Source of the DNA: an uncultured delta proteobacterium | GTDB lineage: Bacteria > Desulfobacterota > Syntrophobacteria > BM002 | Direction of reading: 5' to 3' | DNA length: 64,000 nt | Assembly (NCBI GenBank): GCA_963712115.1 | Contig: CAVQGX010000043.1 | Location: 64,001-128,000, forward strand | Shown: positions 1 through 11,600 of the stretch, in pieces | Numbering within the stretch: the stretch's first letter is position 1 | How the letters are laid out: the number at the start of each line of letters is the position of its first letter | The notes under the pieces: model-generated | What the model saw: the letters and a program-made list of their open reading frames with translations, nothing else | What the model was told of the DNA's origin: nothing | Databases searched by the model: none | Position numbers and translations under genes: made by a program

Positions 1-359
1 CCTATCTCCAAGAAATGGTTGACAATGTCCATCAGCAATTCGTTCGAGACGTGGCTAGAGGAAGAGGCATGAAGGTAGAGAAAGTGCGAGAGGTTGCCGA
101 CGGCCGTATCTTTACAGGAGAGCAGGCCATGGAATTGGGGCTGGTGGATGAACTGGGAAATCTTAAGGATGCCATAAATGCGGCTGCAAAAATGGCCGCA
201 ATTGAAGGTGAACCGAAGATTGTTTACCCAGAAAAGGAAAAGAAATCTGTATTTGACTATTTGTTCGATCGAATCACAGAGAAGATTGCCAATAACGTCC
301 AGCCCTATATGGGACTCTTACTGCTCCCGCCTCTTCCTGGGAAAGCCAGCCTTTCCTAA
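1..359 (+). CDS. sppA: Signal peptide peptidase SppA (S49), C-terminal part, 5'-truncated by window edge
   Basis: QFVRDVARGR...ADGRIFTGEQAMELGLVDELG is the S49 C-terminal motif. Confidence 0.9.
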   Translation, partial: YLQEMVDNVHQQFVRDVARGRGMKVEKVREVADGRIFTGEQAMELGLVDELGNLKDAINAAAKMAAIEGEPKIVYPEKEKKSVFDYLFDRITEKIANNVQPYMGLLLLPPLPGKASLS

Positions 360-425
360 GTATCGCCTATTAGTCTCCGAGTCTCACCAAACTGCAACCA
401 TCACATTCCCGCAAACCATCCCAAC

Positions 426-1037
426 TCACTCAAATACGCTCACATCTCCCTGTCCTTCTCGGATAATGTCCGGGGAATCGTCAATGAGTGAGACAACACT
501 TGAAGGCTTTAAAGATACAGGGCCACCATCGATAATCAAATCTAGAGCATGGCCCAACCTTGCCTCAATCTCAACAACAGACTCCAGTATCGCCCCGTCA
601 GGGTCAGTTGCACTGGTACTCAATATAGGATTGCCCAGTTCTTCTACGATGGCGAGACAGATTGTATGGTCTGGAACCCGGATACCGGCAGTTTTTCTCT
701 TGGTCAACATGATCTTTGGCACTAGCCGCGAGCCTTCCAAGATGAAGGTATATGGTCCGGGTAAGAGGCGCTTCATTGTTTTGTAGGCGTAATTGGTTAC
801 TTGGGCATATTGACTAATATTCTTTAGGTCCGAACAAATGAAGCTGAAAGGTTTGTGTTTGGATCTTCTTTTTAGCAAATAAACTCTTTCAATGGCTTTC
901 TTGTTCATGATATCACAGCCGATACCGTAGTAAGTGTCAGTGGGGTAGGCAATGATGCCACCGCCACGGAGAATCTCAGCTGCTCTACGAATGAGACGTT
1001 TTTGTGGATTCTGCGGATTGATCTCCAAAACCATCAT
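426..1037 (-). CDS. Sua5/YrdC/YciO family L-threonylcarbamoyladenylate synthase-like protein
   Basis: YPTDTYYGIGC, LPGPYTFIL, GIRVPD and STSA motifs; ATG at 1037 with GAGGTG upstream (ORF track starts at 1064). Confidence 0.9.
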   Translation of the reverse strand: MMVLEINPQNPQKRLIRRAAEILRGGGIIAYPTDTYYGIGCDIMNKKAIERVYLLKRRSKHKPFSFICSDLKNISQYAQVTNYAYKTMKRLLPGPYTFILEGSRLVPKIMLTKRKTAGIRVPDHTICLAIVEELGNPILSTSATDPDGAILESVVEIEARLGHALDLIIDGGPVSLKPSSVVSLIDDSPDIIREGQGDVSVFE

Positions 1038-1198
1038 ATCGTCACCTCTGTAAGCGAGTTGCATCAGGGAAAGGGAATATTCAGACTACTTTATTTTCGC
1101 AGAACAAAGGGTTGAGAACAAGGGGATTATCAGCCAGCAGCTAGCAGGAGGCAGCTGGCAGAAGAGCTCGGGACGGAGAACATTGAGCGCTCAATATC

Positions 1199-1338
1199 AA
1201 ATTCGAAATCCGAAGCATGAAATTCAAAACAAATCCGAAATTCGAATTTTCCAATGTTCTAAACGCGTCAGTGTTTCGGTCATTTGGATTTTGGTCATTT
1301 GAATTTGTTTAGGATTTCGATATTCGATATTCGGATTT
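1199..1338. repeat. Intergenic imperfect palindrome built from 7-bp units (AAATTCG/AAATCCG type)
   Basis: Left arm aaattcg-aaatccg-aagcatg-aaattca-aaacaaat pairs with right arm atttgttt-aggattt-cgatatt-cgatatt-cggattt; related to 19554-19751. Confidence 0.8.
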
Positions 1339-1385
1339 ATCTACGTCCAGAAATATCAAGAACTTCCGCGCCTAGTTCGCCATAA

Positions 1386-2243
1386 TTAGCGGATATGATT
1401 TGCCCATTCTGGCTCAAAGGTGGCAAGCCAGCGTTTTACTGCCTTCTTAAGTTCAGCGTAGTAAGCCTCCGAAGAGCCAAAGAATCTGCGGCCGAACCAA
1501 TAGTTAATTTCCAGGAAAAGTGGTTTCTTGGACTCATCATCTTTGTCGAACATCAAATCAATACCAGCTAGATTAATGCCTGTCTGTTTGCAAAAATGGT
1601 GGACAATCTCCTCGGCCTTTTCTAAAAGATGATAGTCAGAGTGGAGGTCTATTGTCCCACCTGCACTCAGATTTGTTAAAAACTGCCGGGGATCTCTCTG
1701 GACTCTCCAGTAGCTGATCAAGCGGTCATGGAGGACCACAACGCGGACATCCCGCCCGCCGTGGTCAATCCACTGCTGGATAATAAACCCCCGGGTTCCG
1801 CTACTTTCCATTGCTCCCAGTTGGTCAATAATGGTCTGCAGCTCTTGTCCACTATGAATTCTGTAAACCATGCGACCTTCGCCCCCGTAATTTCCTTTGA
1901 CCACAAAAGGAAAGGGAAAAGGCAAGCTATCTTCCTCTGCAGGGAAGTGTGAGTGGTAATCGGCCACATTCTGGAACAAAAACGTTTCGGGGTGAGGGAC
2001 TGTCGCGGTGCGGAAGAGTAAAATATCACCAATCTTTCCAGGGCTTTGAAAGCGCAGATCGTAGTTGGGAAAGACCCGGGTAGTATATTTGCGGCATAGA
2101 TCGTAAAGATCCTTTCTAACCCCTTGAGGAAGAATGATGGCGTCAGCTCGTTTCACCATTGATTCTTCTTCAGGCCCGGGAGGTCTACCTGCTACTATAG
2201 CGTTTAGATCAGCATCGATACACGGATGGAAAGATAGGATCAT
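1386..2243 (-). CDS. ATP-grasp (RimK-like) ligase family protein
   Basis: PFVVKGNYGGEGRMV, IIQQWI, DVRVVV, TNLSAGG, GIDL and LEIN motifs. Confidence 0.8.
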   Translation of the reverse strand: MILSFHPCIDADLNAIVAGRPPGPEEESMVKRADAIILPQGVRKDLYDLCRKYTTRVFPNYDLRFQSPGKIGDILLFRTATVPHPETFLFQNVADYHSHFPAEEDSLPFPFPFVVKGNYGGEGRMVYRIHSGQELQTIIDQLGAMESSGTRGFIIQQWIDHGGRDVRVVVLHDRLISYWRVQRDPRQFLTNLSAGGTIDLHSDYHLLEKAEEIVHHFCKQTGINLAGIDLMFDKDDESKKPLFLEINYWFGRRFFGSSEAYYAELKKAVKRWLATFEPEWANHIR

Positions 2244-2454
2244 GGTTCTAAGGGTCCTTTCGAGCTATCCATTCGGAACAGGGATTGCGGATCGCCCATT
2301 GAGGATCAGCAAAGGAACATGTATCCAGTCATTGCCAGGTAATCTCTATATTTCATTTACCACGAAGTAGATAGTGCAGCAATGCATAGAATCAATTGTG
2401 ACTGAGGAGAGTTCAAACCATCTCAGGCAAGAACAATATGAGGCCATTGCGACA

Positions 2455-3643
2455 ATGAAGGATCCCTGCCAGATTCCGACACGGCTTATTGCTACAACCC
2501 CCATGGGAGATATCCCCGTTGCGAGAGGAGAGAGGAGCAAGACATTTGCCTGTGGGCCCAGGAGAGTCAGATTTTGAGGCTGATTTACGCTATGAGCCCT
2601 ATCTGAAGGCCGTACGCTATCTGCTCTTGCAGAAAGGCTGTAAGAAGATTCTGGAAGCCCTGGCCTCCCGGTTGGGTCGGATTGTGCAGCTCGAGGAGAT
2701 TGAATGGATAGAGATCAGGACGGAAAAGCACGGTGCCTGTTATCACGTGGCTCGCGCCGATCTGAAAGTCGCAGAAAATGCAGTGTCCTTTGCGGTGAAC
2801 CTGGCTGTTTCCGATGCGACCAGATCCCTATTAGAGAGAGATTTTCGGCTGCTGCGGAGACTGGCGCAGCAATATCAAGGCCAATGTCTGCCCCAGGTAT
2901 ACTTCAAGGGTGCGGGACTGTACAAAGAGAGCGAAAAAAGATCAAGGTGGCTTCATATGTTTGTGGCTGAATGGTTCAGGGGCTACCACGAATTTCACCT
3001 GCACTACGACCAATCAGAGAGTTCTTTGCGTGTGTTGCTATGGGATCTGGATCGTGGCTGCCGCTTTTTATCTCGAAAACAGTGTGTGGAGCTCTACCGG
3101 CAGATGGCCAGGATCCTTACCCTCTATTACGATTGGAACACTTTTAGGCAAATCTACCCCTGGCACCATGCGGCTGGAGACTTTGTCCTGAAAACGGAAA
3201 AGGGTAGGGTAAATCTTCGTTTGATTACGGTAAGAAACTACGGGCCAATGGTTGATTTCAGGACCAGGAAAAGTTCGGGTAAACTTCTAGCCCTGATCCT
3301 CTTCTTTCTGCACTTGACTGTCCAGATGCGACTTGATCGTCTTGATGGTGTGGGTGATGTCGTCTGGGCAGAGGATTATTGTTTGGAAGGGGTGGTGGTA
3401 GGATTCCTAGAGGGCTTGGCCTTAGGGGATGAGAGATTCAGAAGAGGTATTCCATCAGGAGGAGAAATCCTGGATTTGCTTCGCAGTTTCACGAAAAAAG
3501 ATTGGCTGCAAATGCTAAAGCAATATTTGGACATATACGAATTATCACAGGAGGAATTGCATTTAATTCAAGGGCATGCCGATGCTCACTTAGACAAAAT
3601 GCAGCAGGTTATTGGGGAGTTTATTTCCACACATGTATTTTAG
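2455..3643 (+). CDS. Hypothetical protein, probably with a +1 frameshift near 2521-2535
   Basis: 384-aa ORF 2489-3643 begins at a TTG; overlapping frame gives ATG 2455 MKDPCQIPTRLIATTPMGDIPV running into GAGAGGAGAGAGGAG. Confidence 0.65.
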
Positions 3644-3848
3644 ATATATATATGTATTTTATAGTTAAAAAATATAAAACCTAGAAATAATATTAAATAT
3701 TTTCTGGCAGGTCATATTGACTTGACAGCAATCCATTGACTCGGAGGCAACGCTCTGATATTTTTCTCACGTTGTGCTATAAGTAGGGTATGAATGTGGA
3801 AGCGCAGAAGAGAAGTAAAGTGGCTAAATCTCTATAGAGGAGGTACGT

Positions 3849-4967
3849 ATGAAAAGGATTCTACTTTTTACGCTGGCTCTCTGCCTCGTAGCAGGGACGG
3901 CTCTTGCTGCAAACACCATCAAGATAGGTTTGATGGCTCCCCTGACTGGCCCGTGGGCAAGCGAGGGCCAGGATATGAAACAGATCGTTGAACTGCTTGC
4001 CGATGAATTAAATGGACAAGGGGGACTTCTGGGGAAGAAAATCGAAATTATCAGTGCAGATGACGGGGGCGATCCGAAGACCGCTGCCCTGGCAGCACAG
4101 AAACTTGTAACTCAAGACGTCGTAGGTGCAATCGGTACCTACGGGTCATCCATTACTGAAGCATCCCAAAACATTTATGACGAATCCAACGTCATACAAA
4201 TTGCCAATGGTTCCACCGCTGTCCGACTCACTGCTAAAGGTTTGAAGTACTTCTTTCGGACCTCTCCTCGCGATGACGAGCAGGGGAGGGTGGGCGTTCA
4301 GACTCTTCAGAAACTTGGATATAAAAATGTCGCCATTCTCCACGACAATACCACCTATGCCAAGGGGCTCGCTGAGGAGGCGAAGGCTCTTTTGCAGAAA
4401 AAAGGCGTGAAGATTGTCTTCTACGATGCCCTCACACCCGGCGAAAGAGATTATACCGCTATTCTCACTAAGCTGAAGTCCGCGCGTCCGGATGGAGTTT
4501 TCTTTACTGGTTACTATCCGGAATGTGGCCTTTTGCTTCGGCAGAAGAAAGAGATGAACTGGAATGTGCCTTTCCTCGGAGGTGACGCCAACAATAATCC
4601 TGATCTGATCAAGATTGCTGGTAACGACGCGGCTGAGGGCTTCTATTTTCTCAGCCCGCCGGTTCCCCAGGATCTTCCCTCCAAAGAGGCGTCGGATTTT
4701 CTTGCGGCCTATAAGAAGAAATATGGCTCTGCTCCCGGTTCCATTTGGGCGGTGTTGTCGGGAGACGGTTTCCGGGTGCTAGCAGCGGCCATCAAGGCTA
4801 CCGGCTCGACCGATTCCGATAAGGTGGCTGATTACTTGCACAACAAACTCAGAAATTATCCGGGACTGACCGGGACGATATCCTTTGATGATAAAGGTGA
4901 TCGAGTTGGCGAGGTCTATAGGGTCTACCGGGTAAATGCGAAAGGCGAATTCATTTTGCAGCCGTAA
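3849..4967 (+). CDS. livK: Branched-chain amino acid (HAAT) ABC transporter substrate-binding protein
   Basis: Signal peptide; IKIGLMAPLTG, DDGGDPKTA, FFRTSPRDDEQG and GLTGTISFDDKGDR motifs; RBS GGAGG. Confidence 0.92.
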   Translation: MKRILLFTLALCLVAGTALAANTIKIGLMAPLTGPWASEGQDMKQIVELLADELNGQGGLLGKKIEIISADDGGDPKTAALAAQKLVTQDVVGAIGTYGSSITEASQNIYDESNVIQIANGSTAVRLTAKGLKYFFRTSPRDDEQGRVGVQTLQKLGYKNVAILHDNTTYAKGLAEEAKALLQKKGVKIVFYDALTPGERDYTAILTKLKSARPDGVFFTGYYPECGLLLRQKKEMNWNVPFLGGDANNNPDLIKIAGNDAAEGFYFLSPPVPQDLPSKEASDFLAAYKKKYGSAPGSIWAVLSGDGFRVLAAAIKATGSTDSDKVADYLHNKLRNYPGLTGTISFDDKGDRVGEVYRVYRVNAKGEFILQP

Positions 4968-4983
4968 CCCTGCTCCTTCCATG

Positions 4984-5019
4984 ATCGGCTCACGGTTAAT
5001 TTGCCGTGAGCCGATTTTT
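4984..5019 (+). terminator. Stem-loop between the binding-protein and permease genes (partial terminator or mRNA stabiliser)
   Basis: 12-bp perfect stem atcggctcacgg/ccgtgagccgat followed by TTTT. Confidence 0.7.
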
Positions 5020-5039
5020 CTCAATTACTCCGCACGACA

Positions 5040-5945
5040 ATGGAAGAATTCTTTCAACAGCTCACCAATGGTCTGGCCGTTGGTGCCATTTATGCCCTGA
5101 TTGCCCTTGGTTACACCATGGTCTATGGTGTGCTAAAGCTGATCAATTTCGCCCATGGTGAGCTTTTCACCATCGGCTCCTACCTAGGACTGACTCTGCT
5201 AACCTCCCTTGGATTGAGCGGTTTATTCGGGCCAGTTCTAGGTGTGCTCCTACTCGCCGTAATGGTCATGGGACTGGTGGCAGTGGTGGGGGCGCTTCTG
5301 GAAAGGGTGGCTTACCGCCCCCTTCGGGAGTCACCCCGGCTTTCTGCAGTGGTTTCGGCGCTGGGAGCTTCCATTTTTTTCCAGAACGCGGTGATGCTTA
5401 TCTATGGGGCTCGCTTACAAGTATATCCCCTGGGAATCCTTCCCAGGACTGCGGTGAATCTTTTCGGTCTCTACCTTCCCCTAGTGAAGCTCCTAATATT
5501 ACTTGCCGCGGTAGTAATCATGACCGCACTCTACTTGTATATCCACAAAACCAGAATAGGCACGGCTATCAGAGCAGCGGCCATTGATCAAGGGGCAGCC
5601 AAGCTGATGGGTATTGATGTTGACCGGGTTATTCTCATTGTCTTCTTGATTGGGCCGGCATTGGGGGGAGCGGCTGGACTTATGGTGGGGCTTCTCTATG
5701 GGCAGATCAATTTCACCATGGGTTGGGTGTACGGGTTGAAGGCTTTTACCGCGGCTATTCTTGGAGGAATAGGCAACATCCCTGGTGCTATGGTGGGAGG
5801 GATCCTGCTCGGGGTCATCGAGGCCATGGGCGCGGCCTACATCTCCATTGCTTGGAAAGATGCCATTGCCTTTGTAGTGCTGATCTTGATTCTCATCGTG
5901 CGTCCTACAGGTCTGTTGGGCGAACGGGTGGCAGAAAAGGTATGA
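5040..5945 (+). CDS. livH: HAAT ABC transporter permease LivH
   Basis: NGLAVGAIYALIALGYTMVYGVLKLINFAHGE and GLKAFTAAILGGIGNIPGA. Confidence 0.95.
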   Translation: MEEFFQQLTNGLAVGAIYALIALGYTMVYGVLKLINFAHGELFTIGSYLGLTLLTSLGLSGLFGPVLGVLLLAVMVMGLVAVVGALLERVAYRPLRESPRLSAVVSALGASIFFQNAVMLIYGARLQVYPLGILPRTAVNLFGLYLPLVKLLILLAAVVIMTALYLYIHKTRIGTAIRAAAIDQGAAKLMGIDVDRVILIVFLIGPALGGAAGLMVGLLYGQINFTMGWVYGLKAFTAAILGGIGNIPGAMVGGILLGVIEAMGAAYISIAWKDAIAFVVLILILIVRPTGLLGERVAEKV

Positions 5946-6901
5946 AGGATCATAGGAAGATCGCCTACGGAATTGTCACAGCGCTTTTGGCAATCTCACC
6001 TCTATTTCTAAACAAGTACTGGGTAGATGTTCTTAACAACGTGGGGCTCTACGCCATCCTGGGGCTCAGTCTGAATATCATTGTAGGCCATGCTGGATTA
6101 TTCAATCTTGGCCATGCCGCGTTTTACGCCGTGGGGGCGTATACCGCTGCGATTCTCAACACCCGCTTCAATATTCCGGTCTTGTGGCTTCTACCCCTGT
6201 GTGCACTTTCTGCAGGACTCTTCGCTGCAATTGTGATGCGTCCTATTATCCACCTCCGGGGAGACTATCTCTGCATCGTTACCATCGGCCTGGGAGAAAT
6301 AGTTCGTATTGCCCTGATCAATGATGTTTTCGGCATAACCGGCGGCGCCAACGGCATTTTTGGCATTGGTCGGCCGTCAATTTTTGGAATCTCAATTCGG
6401 CGACCCCATGAATTCTTTTATCTTATTTGGGGATTCGTAGCTGTTAGCGTATTCTTCTTTCACAGGTTGGAGAATTCACGATTTGGCAGAGCCCTTAATT
6501 ACCTAAGGGAAGATGAGGTGGCAGCTGAGGGCAGTGGGATAAATGTTGCCCATTACAAACTAGCCTGCTTTGTCATCGGAGCGGCCTGGGCCGGAATGGT
6601 CGGTGATATCTTCGCCTCGAAAATGACCATCATATCACCGGAGTCATTTAGTTTTTGGGAGTCTGTGCTCTTGTTCACTCTCATTTTGCTGGGAGGATCA
6701 GCGAGCATTCCCGGGGTAATATTGGGTGCTTTGTTGATTGTTGGCCTACCTGAAGTGTTCAGGGGGATTGCCAATGCTCGGATGCTAATCTTCGGCGGCG
6801 CCATGATCGCCATGATGATCTTTCGAACCGAGGGAATTCTACCTCCCCGGCCGCGGCAGTACGCTTTGCCAGATGATTCCTCGGGGGAGAGTAGGGCATG
6901 A
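5942..6901 (+). CDS. livM: HAAT ABC transporter permease LivM
   Basis: [24 protein letters not shown] and [16 protein letters not shown]; ATG 5942 overlaps the livH stop (ATGA). Confidence 0.93.
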   Translation: MKDHRKIAYGIVTALLAISPLFLNKYWVDVLNNVGLYAILGLSLNIIVGHAGLFNLGHAAFYAVGAYTAAILNTRFNIPVLWLLPLCALSAGLFAAIVMRPIIHLRGDYLCIVTIGLGEIVRIALINDVFGITGGANGIFGIGRPSIFGISIRRPHEFFYLIWGFVAVSVFFFHRLENSRFGRALNYLREDEVAAEGSGINVAHYKLACFVIGAAWAGMVGDIFASKMTIISPESFSFWESVLLFTLILLGGSASIPGVILGALLIVGLPEVFRGIANARMLIFGGAMIAMMIFRTEGILPPRPRQYALPDDSSGESRA

Positions 6902-7662
6902 GTCTGTTGAGTATAAAGAATCTCACCAAGAGATTCGGGGGTGTGCAAGCGGTCAACGATGTCTCTTTCGAGGTAACCACCGGTTCCATCATGGGACTAA
7001 TCGGGCCCAATGGGGCAGGTAAAACTACTGTTTTTAACCTGATTACAGGGATTTATCGTCCGGATCAAGGAGAAATAATCTTTGATGGAAAGTCAATTGT
7101 CAATCTATTGACCCATAGCATTATCTCTCTTGGCATTGCTAGGACCTTTCAAACCATCCGGCTCTTCCAGAATCTCTCCGTTTTGGAGAACGTCATGGCA
7201 GGATGCCACAGTAGGATGAAGTCGGGCTCTTTGCAGGCCATGCTCCGGACTCCGTTCCAACGGGGGGAGGAAAAAGCTGCTCTTGCAAGGGCTGTGCAGG
7301 CATTAAACTTCGTCGGACTGAGACGAGATGCCGAGCAGTTGGCCAAAAATCTTTCCTATGGAAATCAACGACTCCTGGAAATTGCCCGAGCCTTGGTCAC
7401 AGAGCCTAGCCTACTGATTCTTGATGAGCCTGCGGGAGGGATGAACGAACAAGAGACAACAGGTCTGATAAGCCTTATCCGCAAGATCAGGGATAAGGGA
7501 ATAACCATTCTACTCATCGAACATGACATGAGTCTGGTAATGCGTGTTTGTGAGAATATTGTTGTGCTTGATTATGGGGCCAAGATTTCAGAAGGCACAG
7601 CTGAGAGAGTTAAGAGTGATCCCCTGGTAATTGAGGCTTATCTTGGCACAGATGAGGACTAG
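6898..7662 (+). CDS. livG: HAAT ABC transporter ATP-binding protein LivG
   Basis: Walker [10 protein letters not shown]; [15 protein letters not shown]; LDEPAGG; EAYLG. Confidence 0.95.
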   Translation: MSLLSIKNLTKRFGGVQAVNDVSFEVTTGSIMGLIGPNGAGKTTVFNLITGIYRPDQGEIIFDGKSIVNLLTHSIISLGIARTFQTIRLFQNLSVLENVMAGCHSRMKSGSLQAMLRTPFQRGEEKAALARAVQALNFVGLRRDAEQLAKNLSYGNQRLLEIARALVTEPSLLILDEPAGGMNEQETTGLISLIRKIRDKGITILLIEHDMSLVMRVCENIVVLDYGAKISEGTAERVKSDPLVIEAYLGTDED

Positions 7663-7666
7663 GTTG

Positions 7667-8383
7667 ATGCTCCTACGCGTTGAAAACCTGCGAGTGAAAT
7701 ATGGAAACATTGAGGTTCTACACGGTGTCAGTTTGGAGGTAAACCAGGGGGAGATTGTTACTATTCTGGGGGCAAACGGCGCGGGAAAATCAACTACACT
7801 TCTTAGCATTAGCGGCCTAGTTAGAGTGGCGGCGGGAACTATTCTTTTTGAGAACGGTGAACTCCAAAAGCTCCGGGCTCATGAAATCGTTAAACATGGT
7901 ATTGCCCAGGTACCAGAGGGCAGACGCATATTCGACACGCTCTCGGTGCAGGAAAACTTGAACATGGGGGCCTTTGTCCGCAAGGACTCCCATCAAGTTA
8001 ATGAGACCAGGGAGTGGGTTTATCAGTTATTTCCCATCCTGGAAGAGCGTCGCCAACAACTGGCCGGAACCCTCAGTGGTGGAGAACAGCAAATGCTAGC
8101 CATCGGTCGGGGTCTGATGAATCAGCCAAGGATTCTCCTGCTGGACGAGCCGAGTCTTGGTTTGGCGCCACTGCTGGTTAAAGCGATTTTCCAGACGCTG
8201 AAACAGATCAATGAATCCGGCGTAACCATTCTTCTGGTGGAGCAAAACGCGAGAGCTGCCCTCAAACTGGCAAATCGCGGTTACGTGATGGAGGTCGGGC
8301 GGATTGTTCTGGAAAATACGGCGGAAGCCCTTCTGGCCAGTCCAGAAGTGCAGAAGGCTTATCTTGGAGGAAGCAGGGTTTGA
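7667..8383 (+). CDS. livF: HAAT ABC transporter ATP-binding protein LivF
   Basis: GANGAGKST, VPEGRRIF, LSGGEQQMLAIGR and LDEPSLGLAP; ATG 7667 preferred over 7631. Confidence 0.95.
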   Translation: MLLRVENLRVKYGNIEVLHGVSLEVNQGEIVTILGANGAGKSTTLLSISGLVRVAAGTILFENGELQKLRAHEIVKHGIAQVPEGRRIFDTLSVQENLNMGAFVRKDSHQVNETREWVYQLFPILEERRQQLAGTLSGGEQQMLAIGRGLMNQPRILLLDEPSLGLAPLLVKAIFQTLKQINESGVTILLVEQNARAALKLANRGYVMEVGRIVLENTAEALLASPEVQKAYLGGSRV

Positions 8384-8639
8384 ATTAAGCCAAGGTTAGA
8401 TTGTTGCCTTTAAAGAAGCAATATTAATTTATACATAAAACACTGTAATATATATATATTATAGTATTTTATTAAAGTATTACTTCAATAAAAATTTGCT
8501 GCAATATTTACAAATACGCGAACTCAAAGACTCATTTATTCTGGTTCCGGTCCCGCCATTAAATATTCCGAGCTGTCTTTTGATCAATAATTGCAACCAT
8601 CTGGATTTTTAAGTAAATTAAAGTTTTAAACTAGAATGC

Positions 8640-11600
8640 TTAAATATTATGATCCTGATCACTTATGGGTGTAAAACCTCTTCTCATTGTGTTTTCAGTG
8701 ATTGTACGGGGATGCATGAATTGCATGAGATAGTCAGGGCCTCCAGCCTTTGAGCCTACACCCGACATTTTGAACCCGCCGAAAGGCTGCCTTTCAACCA
8801 GGGCACCGGTAATGCCCCTATTAAGATAGAGGTTTCCAACTCTGAAATTCCTCCGGGCTTGTTCCAGGTGTTTTGGGCTTCGGCTGAAGACGCCCCCGGT
8901 AAGGGCAAACTTGGTGGAATTGGCCAATTTGATTGCTTGCTCAAAAGTCTTGGCTTTCATGACGGAAAGCACTGGGCCAAAAATTTCCTCCTGCGCCAGA
9001 CGATGTTCAGGCTTGATGTTGGTAAAAATAGTTAGAGGAACATAGTAACCTTGATTTGGAACATCTCTGGATATCAATATTTTACCTTCTTTTTTTCCTA
9101 TTTGGATATAGTCTAGAATTCTTAGCTGAGCCTGCTCGTCGATAACGGGTCCCATGTAGTTAGCTGGATCTTCTGCAGGACCTATGTTTAGCGATTCTGC
9201 CGCCTGTGCTAGGCGATGAACAAACTTGTCGTAGATGGGTTCCAAGACGATCACTCTGGAACAGGCTGAACACTTTTGCCCCTGAAAGGCAAAGGCCGAC
9301 TGAAGTATGTGGACAATGGCTTCGTCTAGGTCGGCATCATCGTCAACGATTATGGCGTTCTTGCCACCCATTTCAGCAATAACCTTTTTCACTTCCGCCT
9401 GCTGTGGTTGCACTTTACTTGCTCTCCCGAGTATGCGGAGGCCAACCTCCATGGAACCGGTAAAGGCGATGACACTCACATCAGGGTGGTCCACTAGGTA
9501 ATCGCCAATTACTTTGCCCCGTCCCGGGGTATAGTTGAAGACGCCTTGGGGTAGACCGGCCTGCTGGAAAATCTCGGCTAAGGTGAAGCCTGTAACAGAC
9601 GAGAGGCCGGAAGGCTTATATATCACGCAATTGCCCGCGACAATTGCCGCTGCAGACATGCCGCAACTTATAGCGAGAGGGAAGTTCCAGGGGGCGATGA
9701 CCACGGCCAGACCTTTAGGTTGATAAAAATAGTGATTCAACTCACCGGGGGCTCTTCCCAGGGGAGTTTCCTTGCCTAGTCGGATCATCTCTTTTCCGTA
9801 ATATTCCAGGAAATCAATAGCTTCTCCAACGTCGGCATAAGCCTGGTCCCATTGCTTACCCACTTCCAGCACCTGCCAGGCTGCTAAATTGTATATACGG
9901 TTACGGGCGATATCTGCGGCTCGGAAAAGATATTGGGCTCTATCTTTGGGTGACGTGTCCCGCCAAGAGGGGAAAGTCTCCTTGGCAGCTGCAATGGCGG
10001 AGTCAATCTCCTTGGTGCCAGCCTGACATACATGGCCGATTACTTCTGACGGTTTTGCCGGATTTAAAGAGGGCAGGGTGTCTCTTGTTCTCGTCTCTCT
10101 ACCTGCAATCAAGAGGGGATAAGTGCGTCCCAGCATCCCTCGCACCTGGGTAATTGCTTGCGGAAATGCTGACCTTATTTCGGACTTGGTAAAATCCACC
10201 GTAGGATGGTTAATAAAGGGACTTAAGCCATTTTTATTGTTTGTTGTTAATTCTTCGAATATACTAGCTTTTTCTGTATCAGACAATTGCTCAACTGGGT
10301 CCGCCAGGAGCTTGTCTATATCCAATTTTTCGGCAAAACTCTGGCGGAGAAAGGACTCATTTGCTGTATTTTCTAGAAGGCGACGGACCAGATAGGCCAT
10401 ACCAGGCAAAAGCTCACCGTAAGGGCAGTATAGTCTTACCCTTTTTACCACCTTTTGCAGTGCTTTTCTAACCGGTTCTGCCATGCCGTATAGAACCTGG
10501 AATTCATAGCGGTCTTCGGGCACCTGCAATGTATTCGCCGTCTCCAATACGGCGGAAATGCTTCGGATATTGTGAGAGCCGCAGGCTAAGTGGCAGATGT
10601 CGTGGTTTTGCAAAATTTTCTTTGCCTGGCGTTCGAAGGCGGCGTCAGTCTCAGCCTTGATTGTATAAACGGGCACTTTCCATCCGTGCTGCCTGGCAAT
10701 AACAGTTTCATAATCCCAGTAGGCTCCTTTGACCAGCCTGATAGAGAAGGGCAGACCCTCATCTCGCGACCAGTTAAGCAAGTCATCCAGGTCTTCATCT
10801 GTGTCACGCAAATAGCTCTGCAGCACTAAACCAAAGTTGGAATAATTCCTAAATTCTGGAGAAGAACGTAGCCTGCGGTACACTTCTAGGGTTATGTCCT
10901 TATATTTGTACTGTTCCATGTCGATTCTGACAAAAGCTGCCATTTCCTTGGCCTTAGATAAAATGGGCTTGAAACGATCGCTGATGGCTTGGACAGAACC
11001 CTCAAAATCGGCAGGATTGGCCTGGGAGTATAAACTTGAAGGCTTGACCGAGATGTAGACTTTGGCTGTATGGGCCCAATCCAGTCCTGAGGCTGCATCC
11101 CCAAGGCTTGTCCAGTTTTTTTCCTCCTTTTTCAGGTTATCGAGAAGATCGAGGTAGCTCAGCTGATATTGTTCAGCCTCTTTCTTGCTCACCGAGGCTT
11201 CACCTAGTATGTCGACGGTAAAGCCGAAGTTGTTTTTTCTTAGTTTTGTCAATACCTTAAGAGCCTCTTTGGTGTTTTCACCTATAATGAATTGTTTGGC
11301 CATACTTTCGATGTTGGCTCGGATAGTTTGAGCCAAAATTTTGCCGGCAACCCTACCACCTATACCAGCGGTCTTGGCGCCCCACTTAAGCACGGAGGGA
11401 ATGTCCTCGTCGTCGTCGGCGAAATATTCTTGAATGTGACGACTGAGAGATTCACTGGTGGTCAAGTAGGGCATTACATCGACAAAACGGAAAAGCTGGA
11501 CCTTGAAGTTATCATTACTCATGCACCAGTCTGTGAGTTTTCCGGTCCACCATCCTTTATCGAATATGGAGGGTGTTTCACCCCTGATTACCGAAAAGAA

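Noticed and set aside
178-786. 202-aa plus-strand ORF
   Set aside because: Overlaps sppA out of frame and the YrdC-family gene antisense
8400-8640. AT-rich tracts (also 3640-3705) as a replication origin or foreign DNA
   Set aside because: No DnaA-box cluster or iterons seen; short ordinary intergenic AT-rich DNA
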